64,000 bases of DNA, taken from Pseudomonadota bacterium (GTDB lineage: Bacteria > Bdellovibrionota_F > JAHFAK01 > JBDREC01). The notes under the pieces were generated by a model, which had not been told where the DNA came from, did not search any database, and saw nothing but the letters and a program-made list of their open reading frames with translations. Of the stretch, positions 1 to 10,002 are shown one piece after another; within the stretch, counting starts at the first letter, position 1, and every line of letters starts with the position of its first letter. The position numbers and the translations under genes were made by a program. The stretch is taken from contig JBDREC010000102.1 in assembly GCA_043820105.1 (NCBI GenBank), positions 826-64,825 on the forward strand. Reading direction: 5' to 3'.

Positions 1-7
1 CCCAAAG

Positions 8-946
8 ATGATGGAGGTTTTATCCTTGGTTGATAAAATCACAGAATCAGATTTGCCAATACTCGTGAATGGCGAAAGTGGAACAGGAAAAGAGCTTGTG
101 GCACGAGCTATACATTATAATGGGCCTAGAAAAACTAAAGCCTTTGTTACTGAAAATTGCGCTGCTTTATCGGAAACTTTATTAGAAAGCGAACTTTTTG
201 GTCATAAAAAAGGTGCTTTTACTGGAGCAAGTTCAGATAAAAAAGGACTTTTTGAGATTGCTGACCAGGGAACAATATTCTTAGATGAAATTGGCGATAT
301 GTCTTTAAACATGCAAAAGAAGCTTTTGAGAGTTTTACAAGAAGGAGAAATTCGAAAAATTGGTGATGATCGTATTATTAAAGTTAATGCAAGACTTGTT
401 TCTGCTACACATAGAGATCTTACAAAACTAGTTAGCACTGGTCAATTCAGAGAGGATTTATTCTATAGAATAAATGTTGTGAAAATTGAACTTCCTCCTC
501 TTAGAGAAAGACCCGATGATGTGCCCATTTTAATAAAATACTTTGTTGAAAAGTTTTGCGAAACAAAAGACATTCCAACTATTGAAATCTCCCAAGAAGT
601 TTATGCAATTTTAAAAAGCTATCCTTGGCCTGGTAACATAAGAGAACTTGAAAATGAAATTAACAGGCTCATCACCATGAGCGATAAAGAATATATCGGA
701 ATTGAGCTTGTAAAAGATGACATAAGATTTCAAAAAGATGATATTATACATGAACCTATTTATAATGAAGTCGAAACAGAACATGATGTTAAGCAAGTAA
801 ACAAAACCCCACAAAATTCAGAGAAGGCGAGAATATTAGAATCCCTTGAAAAAAATAATTGGAATAAATCAAAGACTGCTGAAGAGCTTGATATTTCAAG
901 ACCGACTTTAGATGTAAGAATTAGGAAGCATAATATTAGTCGCTAA
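8..946 (+). CDS. Sigma54-dependent enhancer-binding transcriptional activator (AAA+ and Fis-type HTH); 5' part probably lies before the window
   Basis: GESGTGKE Walker A, ESELFGHKKGAFTGA (GAFTGA loop), FLDEIGD, FREDLFYRI, WPGNIRELEN, C-terminal HTH (NKSKTAEELDISRPTL). Confidence 0.95.
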   Translation: MMEVLSLVDKITESDLPILVNGESGTGKELVARAIHYNGPRKTKAFVTENCAALSETLLESELFGHKKGAFTGASSDKKGLFEIADQGTIFLDEIGDMSLNMQKKLLRVLQEGEIRKIGDDRIIKVNARLVSATHRDLTKLVSTGQFREDLFYRINVVKIELPPLRERPDDVPILIKYFVEKFCETKDIPTIEISQEVYAILKSYPWPGNIRELENEINRLITMSDKEYIGIELVKDDIRFQKDDIIHEPIYNEVETEHDVKQVNKTPQNSEKARILESLEKNNWNKSKTAEELDISRPTLDVRIRKHNISR

Positions 947-950
947 GGCT

Positions 951-2906
951 TTAATCAAATTCAATTATAAATACTTTATCATCATCATCTTCAGCATTTG
1001 TTGTATATATAATTTGATTCACATCAGATGAAGTACCCAATAAATTGCCAACTTTTATATCAGTAATCTTATCGCTTGATTCATCAGTATATCCTGCTAG
1101 CAAGGCGTTGGAAAAAATAATATCTTCATAAACAACAATTTTATCATCATCACCAGTATTATTTAATGCAACAACTACTTCTTCAAGAGTATCGCCATCA
1201 ACATCACCCGTAGTTAAAGCTATGGCCGAAGTCTCCAGATCAATTTCTTTGATTTCCTCTAAGCTAGTGCCGTCAAAATTTATTATATGAAGTTTGTTGT
1301 CATTGGTGATTGCAGCGATTTCAAGATAGCTGTCAGCATCGCCATTAAAAACATCCATATGAGTAACGGTCGCATTAATTTGAGATCTGGCTATAATATC
1401 AAAACCAGATTCTTTGTCATCGTAAACTACTATGCCATAAGCATTTCCACTTGTAGCTCTAATGGCGTCAATGTTTTTAAAGCCAGGAAGATTTAAATAA
1501 CCAGGACCTTTTCCAGCTATAATTACTTCCGCGCGATCATCATCATCAATGTCTTTTAAAATAATTGATACAATGGAGGTGAAGTCTTCTTCAAAATCTA
1601 CATCAATTTCATCGCAATCATCAAGATCACAATCATATGCAAGTACTGCTTCCATTGTTCCATCTGATGCATCATTTTTTGTTAAAACAAGTTCATCATC
1701 ACCATCGCCATCAAGATCACCTGTTGCCATAACTCTTGTTTCATAACCTGCTCCAAAGGATTCAGAGTAAACTATTTCTCCGCCACTTAAATAACTAGAG
1801 CCTATTCTAAAAGAAGTCATTTCATAGGTTTCAGCGTAGTCTTCATCTGACTTATCGTATAAGGCACATTCTGTTTCACTAAAACCAGTTAAATATTCCA
1901 TGGATAATACGAATTCAGGGCTACCACTTCCATCAAAATCTCCAGCTACGACTCCCAAAGAAGTATAATAAACAATGTCCAGTTCATCATTGAAACCATC
2001 TCCATCTACATCTTTTTCTTCATGGTCTTTATTAAAAATTAGCCACTCTGAACAGGCTTGATCTGATTGGATGTAGTAAGTGTATTCTGTTCCCTGATAA
2101 TAATTCTCAGTATAGTCATAATAATTTGAGGAATAATTTTTCATGCTTCCAATAATTGCAAACTCTTCTTCATCTGAGTCATAATCAAAAACAGTATAGA
2201 AATAGTCTTTCCCACCATTTGAATCTACAGAAATCATTGCTTCTTGAACGCCATCATCATCAAAGTCAGCTAAAACGATGTTTCTTGTGGTTGAATAATA
2301 ACTGCTATGGCCGAGATATTCATCATCATCATCTACATCATAGACATTTTTATAAGCAGCTAGATCTAAATTAACATCAAGGTCTGATTTTACAATGTAC
2401 AATTGTTCAGGAACCACTTCTATTTCTGCAGTTGAAGCAGAATTGACTTCTGGTGCATCAGCTGTTGTTTCATAAATTGTATAAGCTGAAACAACATAAG
2501 TATCACCACCAACTATCGCTTCACCATCAAGATCGCTAATATAAACGTATTCATATTCTGGTTCAATGGTTTGAGTATGTTCGGTGTCTTCACCGTCTTT
2601 TACTATTGTAATATAATAGCCGCGGTTCGTATAGCCTTCATCTGGGCTTGGGGTTTCCCACAAAATAACAAAGCTGTTACCATCACCCACACCATAGGCA
2701 CGGAAATTTCCAGGGGCTGGGGTAGGACTGTCTTCTTCTGCATCAGCTATAAAATCTTCGCATTCTTCGGCATCTGGATTTTCTTCACAATATTCTTCAT
2801 TTACTTCTGTGACAGAATTATCACAAGCAATCATGGTTAGGGTTAAAACATACAAGCCCATGACTAGAGTTAATAAAAGGGAAAATCTGATTAAAATATC
2901 TTTCAT
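951..2906 (-). CDS. Acidic lipoprotein with an FN3-like segment and FG-GAP/DxDxDG Ca-binding repeats
   Basis: Likely start ATG 2906 after GGAG; hydrophobic signal ending in the MIAC lipobox; PAPGNFRA..VILWETP FN3-like start; repeats ADFDDDG, DVDGDG, GDFDGSG, GDLDGDG, DIDDDD, GDVDGD. Confidence 0.75.
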   Translation of the reverse strand: MKDILIRFSLLLTLVMGLYVLTLTMIACDNSVTEVNEEYCEENPDAEECEDFIADAEEDSPTPAPGNFRAYGVGDGNSFVILWETPSPDEGYTNRGYYITIVKDGEDTEHTQTIEPEYEYVYISDLDGEAIVGGDTYVVSAYTIYETTADAPEVNSASTAEIEVVPEQLYIVKSDLDVNLDLAAYKNVYDVDDDDEYLGHSSYYSTTRNIVLADFDDDGVQEAMISVDSNGGKDYFYTVFDYDSDEEEFAIIGSMKNYSSNYYDYTENYYQGTEYTYYIQSDQACSEWLIFNKDHEEKDVDGDGFNDELDIVYYTSLGVVAGDFDGSGSPEFVLSMEYLTGFSETECALYDKSDEDYAETYEMTSFRIGSSYLSGGEIVYSESFGAGYETRVMATGDLDGDGDDELVLTKNDASDGTMEAVLAYDCDLDDCDEIDVDFEEDFTSIVSIILKDIDDDDRAEVIIAGKGPGYLNLPGFKNIDAIRATSGNAYGIVVYDDKESGFDIIARSQINATVTHMDVFNGDADSYLEIAAITNDNKLHIINFDGTSLEEIKEIDLETSAIALTTGDVDGDTLEEVVVALNNTGDDDKIVVYEDIIFSNALLAGYTDESSDKITDIKVGNLLGTSSDVNQIIYTTNAEDDDDKVFIIEFD

Positions 2907-2976
2907 TGATGACTCCAAAATAATGAACATTTCTTTTTAAATTGCTTAAGCATGCAGCAATTTCACTAAAATTATA

Positions 2977-2993
2977 TGCATTTATCATGCCAA
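2977..2993 (-). promoter_or_regulatory. Sigma54 -24/-12 promoter upstream of the FG-GAP lipoprotein
   Basis: Minus strand TTGGCATGATAAATGCA, exact GG-N10-GC spacing, intergenic and oriented toward the gene. Confidence 0.6.
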
Positions 2994-3111
2994 ATACAAT
3001 AAAAAACATAAGATATTGATATTTTATCATTTAATTATGTGGATAAAAAAAAGCGGCTTAATCTTTGGGACTAAGATGTCTAATAACTTAGACCTTGGGT
3101 TATTCATTGTC

Positions 3112-3894
3112 TCAGATTTCTGATAATATTTTTTGATTAATGAGATAAACCAACTCCTGCTCATTTCTAACCTGTTTAAAAAAGCTTTTCGCTTTAAAGT
3201 CAGTGTTTAAAAGCCTAATCAAGCCAGGAAGATTTTTCAGGTTTTCAGAAACAGCTTTTTTTGTGCCAAGATCACTTGCTATTTGTGTTAACTTATCTAT
3301 TTGATTTTTATCCAGCTCATTATTGATTCCAATTTTTAATGCTAAGTATTTTACTTTTGCTAAATATTCAATTTGCTCTAAATTTATTAAGGTTTTTGCA
3401 AGGGTTGTATTTCCAATAATTAGGCCATCAGCAATACTTGCAATTATTTTCGAGGCATTGAATATGTTTAAGATGTTTTCAAAAGAAAGCCCTGAAAAGC
3501 TATTAATAATTGGGATTTTTGGAACACTTAATATAGCTTCTGGAAGCAGGGAGCTAGATAAACTAATTCCTTTTTCCAGAAGTTTTTTGACATATTTGGG
3601 CTGATATACAAATATAGTATTTGTGTTATTTTGCTTTTTTAATAATTTTAACAAGTGTAAATATTTTATATCTTTTGAAAATTGTTTTTCAAGACCAAGA
3701 AAACTGTCATGAATTAAAGCTTTTTCTTGTTTTGGAAACTTATAATTTATATCATTAATAATACAAGCTGAGCTTGAAACTTTTTGCACAATTATTGGCA
3801 AGTTGCTTAAATCAGTGTCATTGGATAATCTTTTTGGGATCGAATTAATAAGAAAAAGTATATTTTCTTTTAAAGCTTTTTGCGTTGAAATCAT
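3112..3894 (-). CDS. Degenerate class II aldolase/adducin-like protein
   Basis: LLPEAILSVPKIPII and LEQIEYLAKV..ALKIG..LDKNQIDKL resemble the C-terminal half of class II aldolases; the Zn-binding His residues are absent. Confidence 0.45.
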   Translation of the reverse strand: MISTQKALKENILFLINSIPKRLSNDTDLSNLPIIVQKVSSSACIINDINYKFPKQEKALIHDSFLGLEKQFSKDIKYLHLLKLLKKQNNTNTIFVYQPKYVKKLLEKGISLSSSLLPEAILSVPKIPIINSFSGLSFENILNIFNASKIIASIADGLIIGNTTLAKTLINLEQIEYLAKVKYLALKIGINNELDKNQIDKLTQIASDLGTKKAVSENLKNLPGLIRLLNTDFKAKSFFKQVRNEQELVYLINQKILSEI

Positions 3895-3907
3895 TTATAT
3901 ATGTTTT

Positions 3908-4444
3908 TTAAAATGTATAGCCAATATTAAAAAGAAAGGAGATGAATTGGTGATATTTAAATCTATCTCCATCTTCAATTTTTTCTTCTGAATCAAATAA
4001 TACAGCATTATATTTAACCACTGGTCCAAGCACTAAACTATATTTATTTAAAATAAAGTTAATACCAAAAGCACCAAAGAGATGGCCACCATTTAAGAAG
4101 GTTGTTGGTGCACTGTAAAAAGCATAGCCTCCGCCAGCCATGAAATAAGGTCTTATTTGTTCAACTCCGACCTCTTTTCTGTAAGCAATATCAATGGTGT
4201 GTAAGGAAATGTGTCCAGCTGGATTTACTGAGTCTGCTACAACAGGATGAAAAGAATAAGATGCAACAACATCATCAAATTCAAATTTTGGTGTTAAAAC
4301 ATAGGCTGTTTTGTAATGACCATTTTTATGAATCGCTACATCAATGCCCTGTTCAAGGGAGAGTCTTTGTTGGGAAAAAGCAAAGCTTGTACAAAAAAGA
4401 GGTAATAGAAAACTAAATAGAATTAATTTTTTATTAAAATTCAT
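3908..4444 (-). CDS. Outer-membrane beta-barrel protein (OmpA/OmpW-like small barrel)
   Basis: Signal peptide (SFAFS), [11 protein letters not shown]-terminal IGYTF beta-signal. Confidence 0.75.
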   Translation of the reverse strand: MNFNKKLILFSFLLPLFCTSFAFSQQRLSLEQGIDVAIHKNGHYKTAYVLTPKFEFDDVVASYSFHPVVADSVNPAGHISLHTIDIAYRKEVGVEQIRPYFMAGGGYAFYSAPTTFLNGGHLFGAFGINFILNKYSLVLGPVVKYNAVLFDSEEKIEDGDRFKYHQFISFLFNIGYTF

Positions 4445-4629
4445 TTTCCTAAAATTTTTCCTGCTTTAATACATTTTGTGCAAACAACAATTTTTTTGCT
4501 TGTTCCATTTAAAACAACTTTTTTATTTTGAAGATTTGGGCGAAAAATCCTCTTTGTTTTGTTATTTGCATGACTTACGTTATTTCCAAACTGTATGCCT
4601 TTACCGCATATTTCACATACTTTTGCCAT
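4441..4629 (-). CDS. rpmB: 50S ribosomal protein L28
   Basis: [31 protein letters not shown]. Confidence 0.98.
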   Translation of the reverse strand: MAKVCEICGKGIQFGNNVSHANNKTKRIFRPNLQNKKVVLNGTSKKIVVCTKCIKAGKILGK

Positions 4630-4757
4630 TTTTTAAACCTTTTTTGCTATTTCTTTATTTGAAAGTTGCAAGCTATTAAATTATTTAAAGAAATATTGCA
4701 AGAACTTTTTCAAGTAAATAAATATTAATAAATTCTATAAATCGATCTTAAAGGAGT

Positions 4758-5042
4758 TTATTCCTGAAATGAATCAACTCTTTCTTTAAGGTCTTTTCCA
4801 ACTTTAAAAAATGGAAGTTTCTTTGGTTCTACTTCAACCCTATCTCCAGTTTTTGGATTCCTGCCTGTATAAGACTTATATTCTCTAATTGAAAAAGCTC
4901 CAAAACCCCTAATTTCAATGCGTCTGCCAAGGGATAATGCTTTGCACATATCATCAAAGATATGGTTTACAACATCTTCAGCCATTTTTTTTGTTGTTTG
5001 CATTTTTAGGCCTAAGATTTCTGCAAGCTCTGATTTTGTCAT
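4758..5042 (-). CDS. ihfB: Integration host factor beta subunit (HU/IHF family)
   Basis: MTKSEL, RIEIRGFG.F, GRNPKTG, PFFKVGK.LKERV. Confidence 0.88.
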   Translation of the reverse strand: MTKSELAEILGLKMQTTKKMAEDVVNHIFDDMCKALSLGRRIEIRGFGAFSIREYKSYTGRNPKTGDRVEVEPKKLPFFKVGKDLKERVDSFQE

Positions 5043-5176
5043 TTCTAATCTCCATTTACATTTAACTTGTTAATATAATGAATCAATTTCTTTGGCTTAA
5101 GTCAACTAAAAAAAAAGAAAATAATGATGTGCTTAAAAAGGCATAAAATGGAACATCCAGAGATTGATTAAAAATG

Positions 5177-7483
5177 CTATTTTATTAATTCCATTGCAGG
5201 ATCTCCGAGGAGTGAAAAAGCTTGTACAAAGTCCTCTGATGCTCCAAAATCCTCATATGCAGAAGTAATTGCATAGCTTGTCGCAGCGCCAATATGAGAA
5301 TATCCTTGAATAAAGAAAGCATCAAAAAGAGCATATGCCATTTTTTCATGATTTTCTAAAACATCCATGCTTGTGGATGAAAAAGTTGCAATAGCTCCTT
5401 TGTTTTCTTGCAGCATAAAGGCTTCAGCCAGGCATTCTCTGTAAGCCGTTGAATCAGGTGATGTAAGAACTAAGGGGAAAAAGCCACTTAAGCAGGAAAA
5501 AAAGGTAAGAAAAGTAGGTTTTGATTCATTTTCTACTTCAGCGACTTGTGCAACACTTTCAATCATTTGATTAGGCAGGGCTATAGCGCAACCATGACCA
5601 ATATAGTTAGTGATTAGAGTACCTGTGGCCATGTTTTCATACCAATCACTTCTTAAATCAGCTCCCACATCGCCATAGTCCTCTAAGTATAAGGTGTGAA
5701 CAGTATAATCCTCTGGAACATAATCACTAATAATCGTATTAGAAACATCTTCAAATCTATCTTCATCATCAGTAATAAACTGCATAGTTTGATTCCACTC
5801 AAAGGGTTGATTTAAATAATAATTAAGAATCTTATTAACTTGAATATCAACTTCTCCTGTATTCTGGGCTGTAAGCCTTCCAATGTGCATGTCTGGAAGG
5901 TTATCTGAGCCTGACACAGAAACAAACCAATTATCACTTGGTGTAGGGCCTAGGTCTGAAGTATAATAAAAATGTGTAGGAATAAAATTTTGGTTGCCTG
6001 CTGCATAATTATCTTTATGATCATAAGTTGCGTCTCCAACAAGCAGTACATATTGGGGAGCAGGCGATTGCCATGAAGAATAAGCATATTCTAAAAAGTC
6101 TTTTATTGCTTGAGGGCTCTCAATTCCATAGTTGAAATCATTATAAACTTCAGAAATTTTAACTGCTTTTACATTTAATCCCATTGTTGTGTGATAGTAG
6201 GCCAGGGGCTCAATGTTGTCATAAAAATCATCATAGACTATCATAATATAATCAGCCTGATTATCTAATCCTATGAGATTTGTTGTAAAAACAGTTTCAA
6301 TGTTGTCTACTGCCTGGGCTTTTGAGATGGCCTGAACAATAAAACTTGAGCTTGCATCTGTGCTTAATTCAAAAGTAACAGAATAAGTGTCAGCTTCATT
6401 GTTAATAGTAGGGTTAATAATTTTTTTCGTGTTTGCTTGATCAGTAATTTCAAAGATTTCTATGTCACTTGTTGAAAAGGAAGAAATTTGTAAATGATAA
6501 TTACCAGGTTCACTTAAAGTAAACTCAAGATAATCATCAATTGCAATGAATTGCTGATAATAACTTATTTCAAAATAATTCATATAAAGATAATCAACCG
6601 ATGCTCCAGTATCTCCAACTGATTCAAGTTTTAAGGAATTAGTTCCATTCATTAAAATAGAACTATCAAAAGTAGTTTCATGTGTAAATTCAATGGTAGA
6701 ATCCCAGGTCTGATCATCAATTAAAATGTCATTGATATATATTTTTGTATGATGATCTGGATTTTCAGTGTCACTTGATTTTCCTTTTAATAAAACCTCA
6801 AGGCTAGCGGTTTCAACAGTTGTGTCGATATTATTAATAGTGAATTCATAGTTTACTGAAGTTGATCCCTCATTGGCGTTTAAATAATCATCCCAAAACC
6901 AATGGTCAGCGCCTTCCTGGCTAGTATAAAACCTATAATATTTGCTGTTCTCTTCTGAGTGAATTGTTTTTAGATGATTGTTTAGAAGCGTGTAAGAATC
7001 AGTATTACTAGCATCAACTTCTTCGATGCTATTTCCACCGGTCCCTATTGTTAGTCTGTAAATATTTGTTTCTGTATATTCATATTCAGCAGCATTTTCA
7101 TCAATTTGCTTTGCATAAAATTTTATATAATCTTCTGGATCAAAGAAACCATTGGCATTTGCATCATAAACAAAAAGAGGAATAATATTTCCCCTGTTTT
7201 TCAATTGAACCCTTGAAAGGTCAGCTGAATCAGGATCAACACCACTTGCAAGCAGACCTGAATAAGTTACCTTATATATGCCACTAGTATTTATTGGAAA
7301 CTGTAAATAAATATTGAAACTAGCATTTCCAATTTCTGTTTCCCCTTCAGTAATTTCTTCTAAATCTAAAACAGCAGCAGTAGGATCCTCAGTAAGTATT
7401 TCTGTAATGTTATTTGAATTTTCAGTAGTACAAGCTAAAAAAACAGGTATTAATATTATAAAAAAATAATTTTTAATATTCAT
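5177..7483 (-). CDS. C25-family (gingipain/PorU-like) cysteine peptidase, lipoprotein
   Basis: Lipobox VFLA|C; GIYKVTY N-terminal motif; ADYIMI, YVLLVGDATYD, SDNWF, PDMHIGRL, catalytic YIGHG and FFSC, C-terminal LLGDP. Confidence 0.9.
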   Translation of the reverse strand: MNIKNYFFIILIPVFLACTTENSNNITEILTEDPTAAVLDLEEITEGETEIGNASFNIYLQFPINTSGIYKVTYSGLLASGVDPDSADLSRVQLKNRGNIIPLFVYDANANGFFDPEDYIKFYAKQIDENAAEYEYTETNIYRLTIGTGGNSIEEVDASNTDSYTLLNNHLKTIHSEENSKYYRFYTSQEGADHWFWDDYLNANEGSTSVNYEFTINNIDTTVETASLEVLLKGKSSDTENPDHHTKIYINDILIDDQTWDSTIEFTHETTFDSSILMNGTNSLKLESVGDTGASVDYLYMNYFEISYYQQFIAIDDYLEFTLSEPGNYHLQISSFSTSDIEIFEITDQANTKKIINPTINNEADTYSVTFELSTDASSSFIVQAISKAQAVDNIETVFTTNLIGLDNQADYIMIVYDDFYDNIEPLAYYHTTMGLNVKAVKISEVYNDFNYGIESPQAIKDFLEYAYSSWQSPAPQYVLLVGDATYDHKDNYAAGNQNFIPTHFYYTSDLGPTPSDNWFVSVSGSDNLPDMHIGRLTAQNTGEVDIQVNKILNYYLNQPFEWNQTMQFITDDEDRFEDVSNTIISDYVPEDYTVHTLYLEDYGDVGADLRSDWYENMATGTLITNYIGHGCAIALPNQMIESVAQVAEVENESKPTFLTFFSCLSGFFPLVLTSPDSTAYRECLAEAFMLQENKGAIATFSSTSMDVLENHEKMAYALFDAFFIQGYSHIGAATSYAITSAYEDFGASEDFVQAFSLLGDPAMELIK

Positions 7484-7488
7484 TCCGC

Positions 7489-7593
7489 TTAATTCTTAAT
7501 TCTTAATTCTTAATTCTTACCACTTATCACTTACCACTTACCACTTACCACTTATCACTTACCACTTACCACTTACCACTTACCACTTACCAC
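7489..7593. repeat. Compound heptamer microsatellite: (TTAATTC)x4 then (TTAYCAC)x11
   Basis: Counted directly: 15 in-phase 7-mers, filling nearly the whole gap between the kinase stop and the C25 peptidase start. Confidence 0.95.
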
Positions 7594-8657
7594 TATACCA
7601 ATCCCTGAATAATATCAAGCGTCAAATCTAGCTTTCCAACCTGTAAAGTAAAGGACTGTGAATTTTTTGTGATATTTAATAGTTGGTCAAATAGCATTAA
7701 ATTTTTTGCTTTCTTTGATGTGGAAAGGTTTTCAATTGAACTTTTGTCTGTTTTTAAGTTAGGAATAAGCATTAAAGCAGCATCAATTGGAGAAATTGAA
7801 TTTATTTGAGGTTGAGCCTTGAAATCAGGGTTTAATCTTTCCTTTTTAAAACAGGTCCAATATTCATTTTCGTATTTATTTATTAAATCTTTTATTTCTT
7901 TTGTTTTACCAATATTTCTGGGATAAGAAAAATCGAAATTCAAATTTGTATTATCGCAAGGCTTTATATCTATATCCTTATATATAGTCTTTATCTTGGA
8001 TATGAAAGAGCTGGAATCTTTTTTAAATTTAATCTTAAAACAATAAGACGTATCTTTGGTGTTTTTTGCTGTAAGAAAGATTAGCTTATCTAGATGGCAA
8101 GGTTTGCTGCTTACAAGAAGGTTGTTTTTAAGAGGGTCAAAGGTTTCTTTCGTTAAGATAGCATTAGTTTTTTTAAGACCCTTTTGAATCACTTTTAAGC
8201 TTCTGGGAAAGGGATGGACAAGTTTTGTTTTTATGTTAAAGGGACAAAAGTCATCAGATAAGAAAGAAAAATTATTTTTTAGCAATTCCATTGTTATTGT
8301 GGTTTTGCCGATACCAGGGTGTCCTATAATAGCTAAAGTTGTATTGTCTTTTTGAATTACTGCCGCGTGTATAATGATAAAATTTTCAAATAATTCAAAT
8401 AGCTTTTTTAGTACATACTGATAAGAAAAAGAAGGCTTATTGGGATGTTCTTCTAAGGCAACGGTCTTGTTTTTTGTTTCAATTTTTGCCTCAGATTTCG
8501 GATCATTTATTGAAATTTTAAACTCATGGATCTTAGCAGGGCTAAAGCTTTTTACTTCAAACAGATGATAATCTTTATGGAAGCTACTAAGAAAATCATT
8601 AGAGTCAGATACAAGCTTAAGGTTTACATCAAGAATTTTATATTTTTTAATAATCAT
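7593..8657 (-). CDS. HPr kinase-related P-loop protein (putative RiPP-tailoring kinase)
   Basis: IHAAVI, Walker A GHPGIGKTT, FLSDD, PFPRSL motifs of HprK-related proteins. Confidence 0.8.
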   Translation of the reverse strand: MIIKKYKILDVNLKLVSDSNDFLSSFHKDYHLFEVKSFSPAKIHEFKISINDPKSEAKIETKNKTVALEEHPNKPSFSYQYVLKKLFELFENFIIIHAAVIQKDNTTLAIIGHPGIGKTTITMELLKNNFSFLSDDFCPFNIKTKLVHPFPRSLKVIQKGLKKTNAILTKETFDPLKNNLLVSSKPCHLDKLIFLTAKNTKDTSYCFKIKFKKDSSSFISKIKTIYKDIDIKPCDNTNLNFDFSYPRNIGKTKEIKDLINKYENEYWTCFKKERLNPDFKAQPQINSISPIDAALMLIPNLKTDKSSIENLSTSKKAKNLMLFDQLLNITKNSQSFTLQVGKLDLTLDIIQGLV

Positions 8658-8659
8658 TT

Positions 8660-9988
8660 TTATTCTTCCAAGATGCTATCAAATGCTTTTTTGTAAGCAA
8701 TTTTTTTGTAAGCACAAAATTTATCTTCAGCCCAAACTGTTTTAGAAGCTTCAAGTGCCTCACCCATGCATCCTGCCTGGCAAAGATTTTGCCAATGACA
8801 GGCCTGGCATTTTTTAATTTTTTTAGTTCTGTTTTGTAAGGCAAAGATTGATTTGTTCATTACTTCAGAATTATTGGTTTTGCTTAAGGTATCTTTATGT
8901 ATATTGCCAAGTAAAAAATCTTTATTCATCAATAAAACACAAGGGTAAACATCACCATTAATATCAATAACAAGTTTTTTTCCAAGAGGACACCAAAAAG
9001 CATCATTGCTTATTTGAGGTGTTATTTTAAATAGCAAACCACTTATTCCACAAGAGATTTTAATAGTTTTTTTCTGTGTTTTATTCAAACCTTCAACTAA
9101 ATTAAAAAAACTGTGATAATCTGAAGTTGTTAAAAAGTTTTTTTCCTTGCAAGCTTTACCTACGACCCTCAATGGCAGGAATCTTAATTGAGGAATTTTA
9201 TTTTTTTCTACGAAATTAATTATTCTAAGTAAATCATCAATATTGTCTTTCATGACTGTAGTTGCAATGGTTAAATTCTTAAGCATTCCAATTTCTTTCA
9301 AAATATCAATTGCTTTGATTACTTTTTTATAGCTTCCTTTTGATCTTATTTTATCATGGATTTTTTCATTTGATCCATCAAGGCTTATTTGAATGGAAAT
9401 ATTATGTTTTTTGAAGAAAGTTACCCACTTTTTATCTAATAAAGTTGCATTTGTTAAAACTTGAATATTTAGTTTTTCAGAAGAATGCTTAATGATTTCT
9501 TGAAGTTTTGGATGCAAAAGAGGTTCGCCTCCACTTAAGGTCAAGTTTTTACCACCACCTTTAATGAACTCATTTAAAGCTTTTTTAATTACATGCAAAG
9601 GCATTTCATCCTTAACTAAAGGAGACGATGACAAGTAACACTGTTTGCACGCCAAATTACATTTTCGGGTTATATGCAAATAAAGATCACTAAAAAAAGG
9701 TTTTCTAATGTAATTATTGGTACTTTGGAAAAAGCCACTTTTTGTTAATTCACACTGAATATTATCAATATATTCCAATGCTTTGCTTTGTGAAAAATTT
9801 AATTTTTTACATAATGTTCCAACTATATCTTGCTTATCTATATAATTTAAAAGACCTTTTATAATTATAAGTCCAGATTCATTAACCTTAATCCACATGG
9901 GTTTAGAAGATAGTAAAACAATTGAATTTAATTTTGATATAATTTTATTTTCGTAATGATAAAAAGAGCTTGTTTTTGATGAAGGCAT
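8660..9988 (-). CDS. Radical SAM/SPASM peptide maturase with an N-terminal PqqD/RRE-like domain
   Basis: CNLACKQC (CxxxCxxC), GGEPLLHP, QISLDG; SPASM C..GDVYPC...CQAC..QNLCQAGC...C; about 90-aa N-terminal extension resembling PqqD. Confidence 0.92.
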   Translation of the reverse strand: MPSSKTSSFYHYENKIISKLNSIVLLSSKPMWIKVNESGLIIIKGLLNYIDKQDIVGTLCKKLNFSQSKALEYIDNIQCELTKSGFFQSTNNYIRKPFFSDLYLHITRKCNLACKQCYLSSSPLVKDEMPLHVIKKALNEFIKGGGKNLTLSGGEPLLHPKLQEIIKHSSEKLNIQVLTNATLLDKKWVTFFKKHNISIQISLDGSNEKIHDKIRSKGSYKKVIKAIDILKEIGMLKNLTIATTVMKDNIDDLLRIINFVEKNKIPQLRFLPLRVVGKACKEKNFLTTSDYHSFFNLVEGLNKTQKKTIKISCGISGLLFKITPQISNDAFWCPLGKKLVIDINGDVYPCVLLMNKDFLLGNIHKDTLSKTNNSEVMNKSIFALQNRTKKIKKCQACHWQNLCQAGCMGEALEASKTVWAEDKFCAYKKIAYKKAFDSILEE

Positions 9989-10002
9989 ACTTTAAATAAT
10001 TG

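Noticed and set aside
7489-7593. Possible CRISPR array
   Set aside because: Contiguous 7-mers with no unique spacers, and no cas genes in the window
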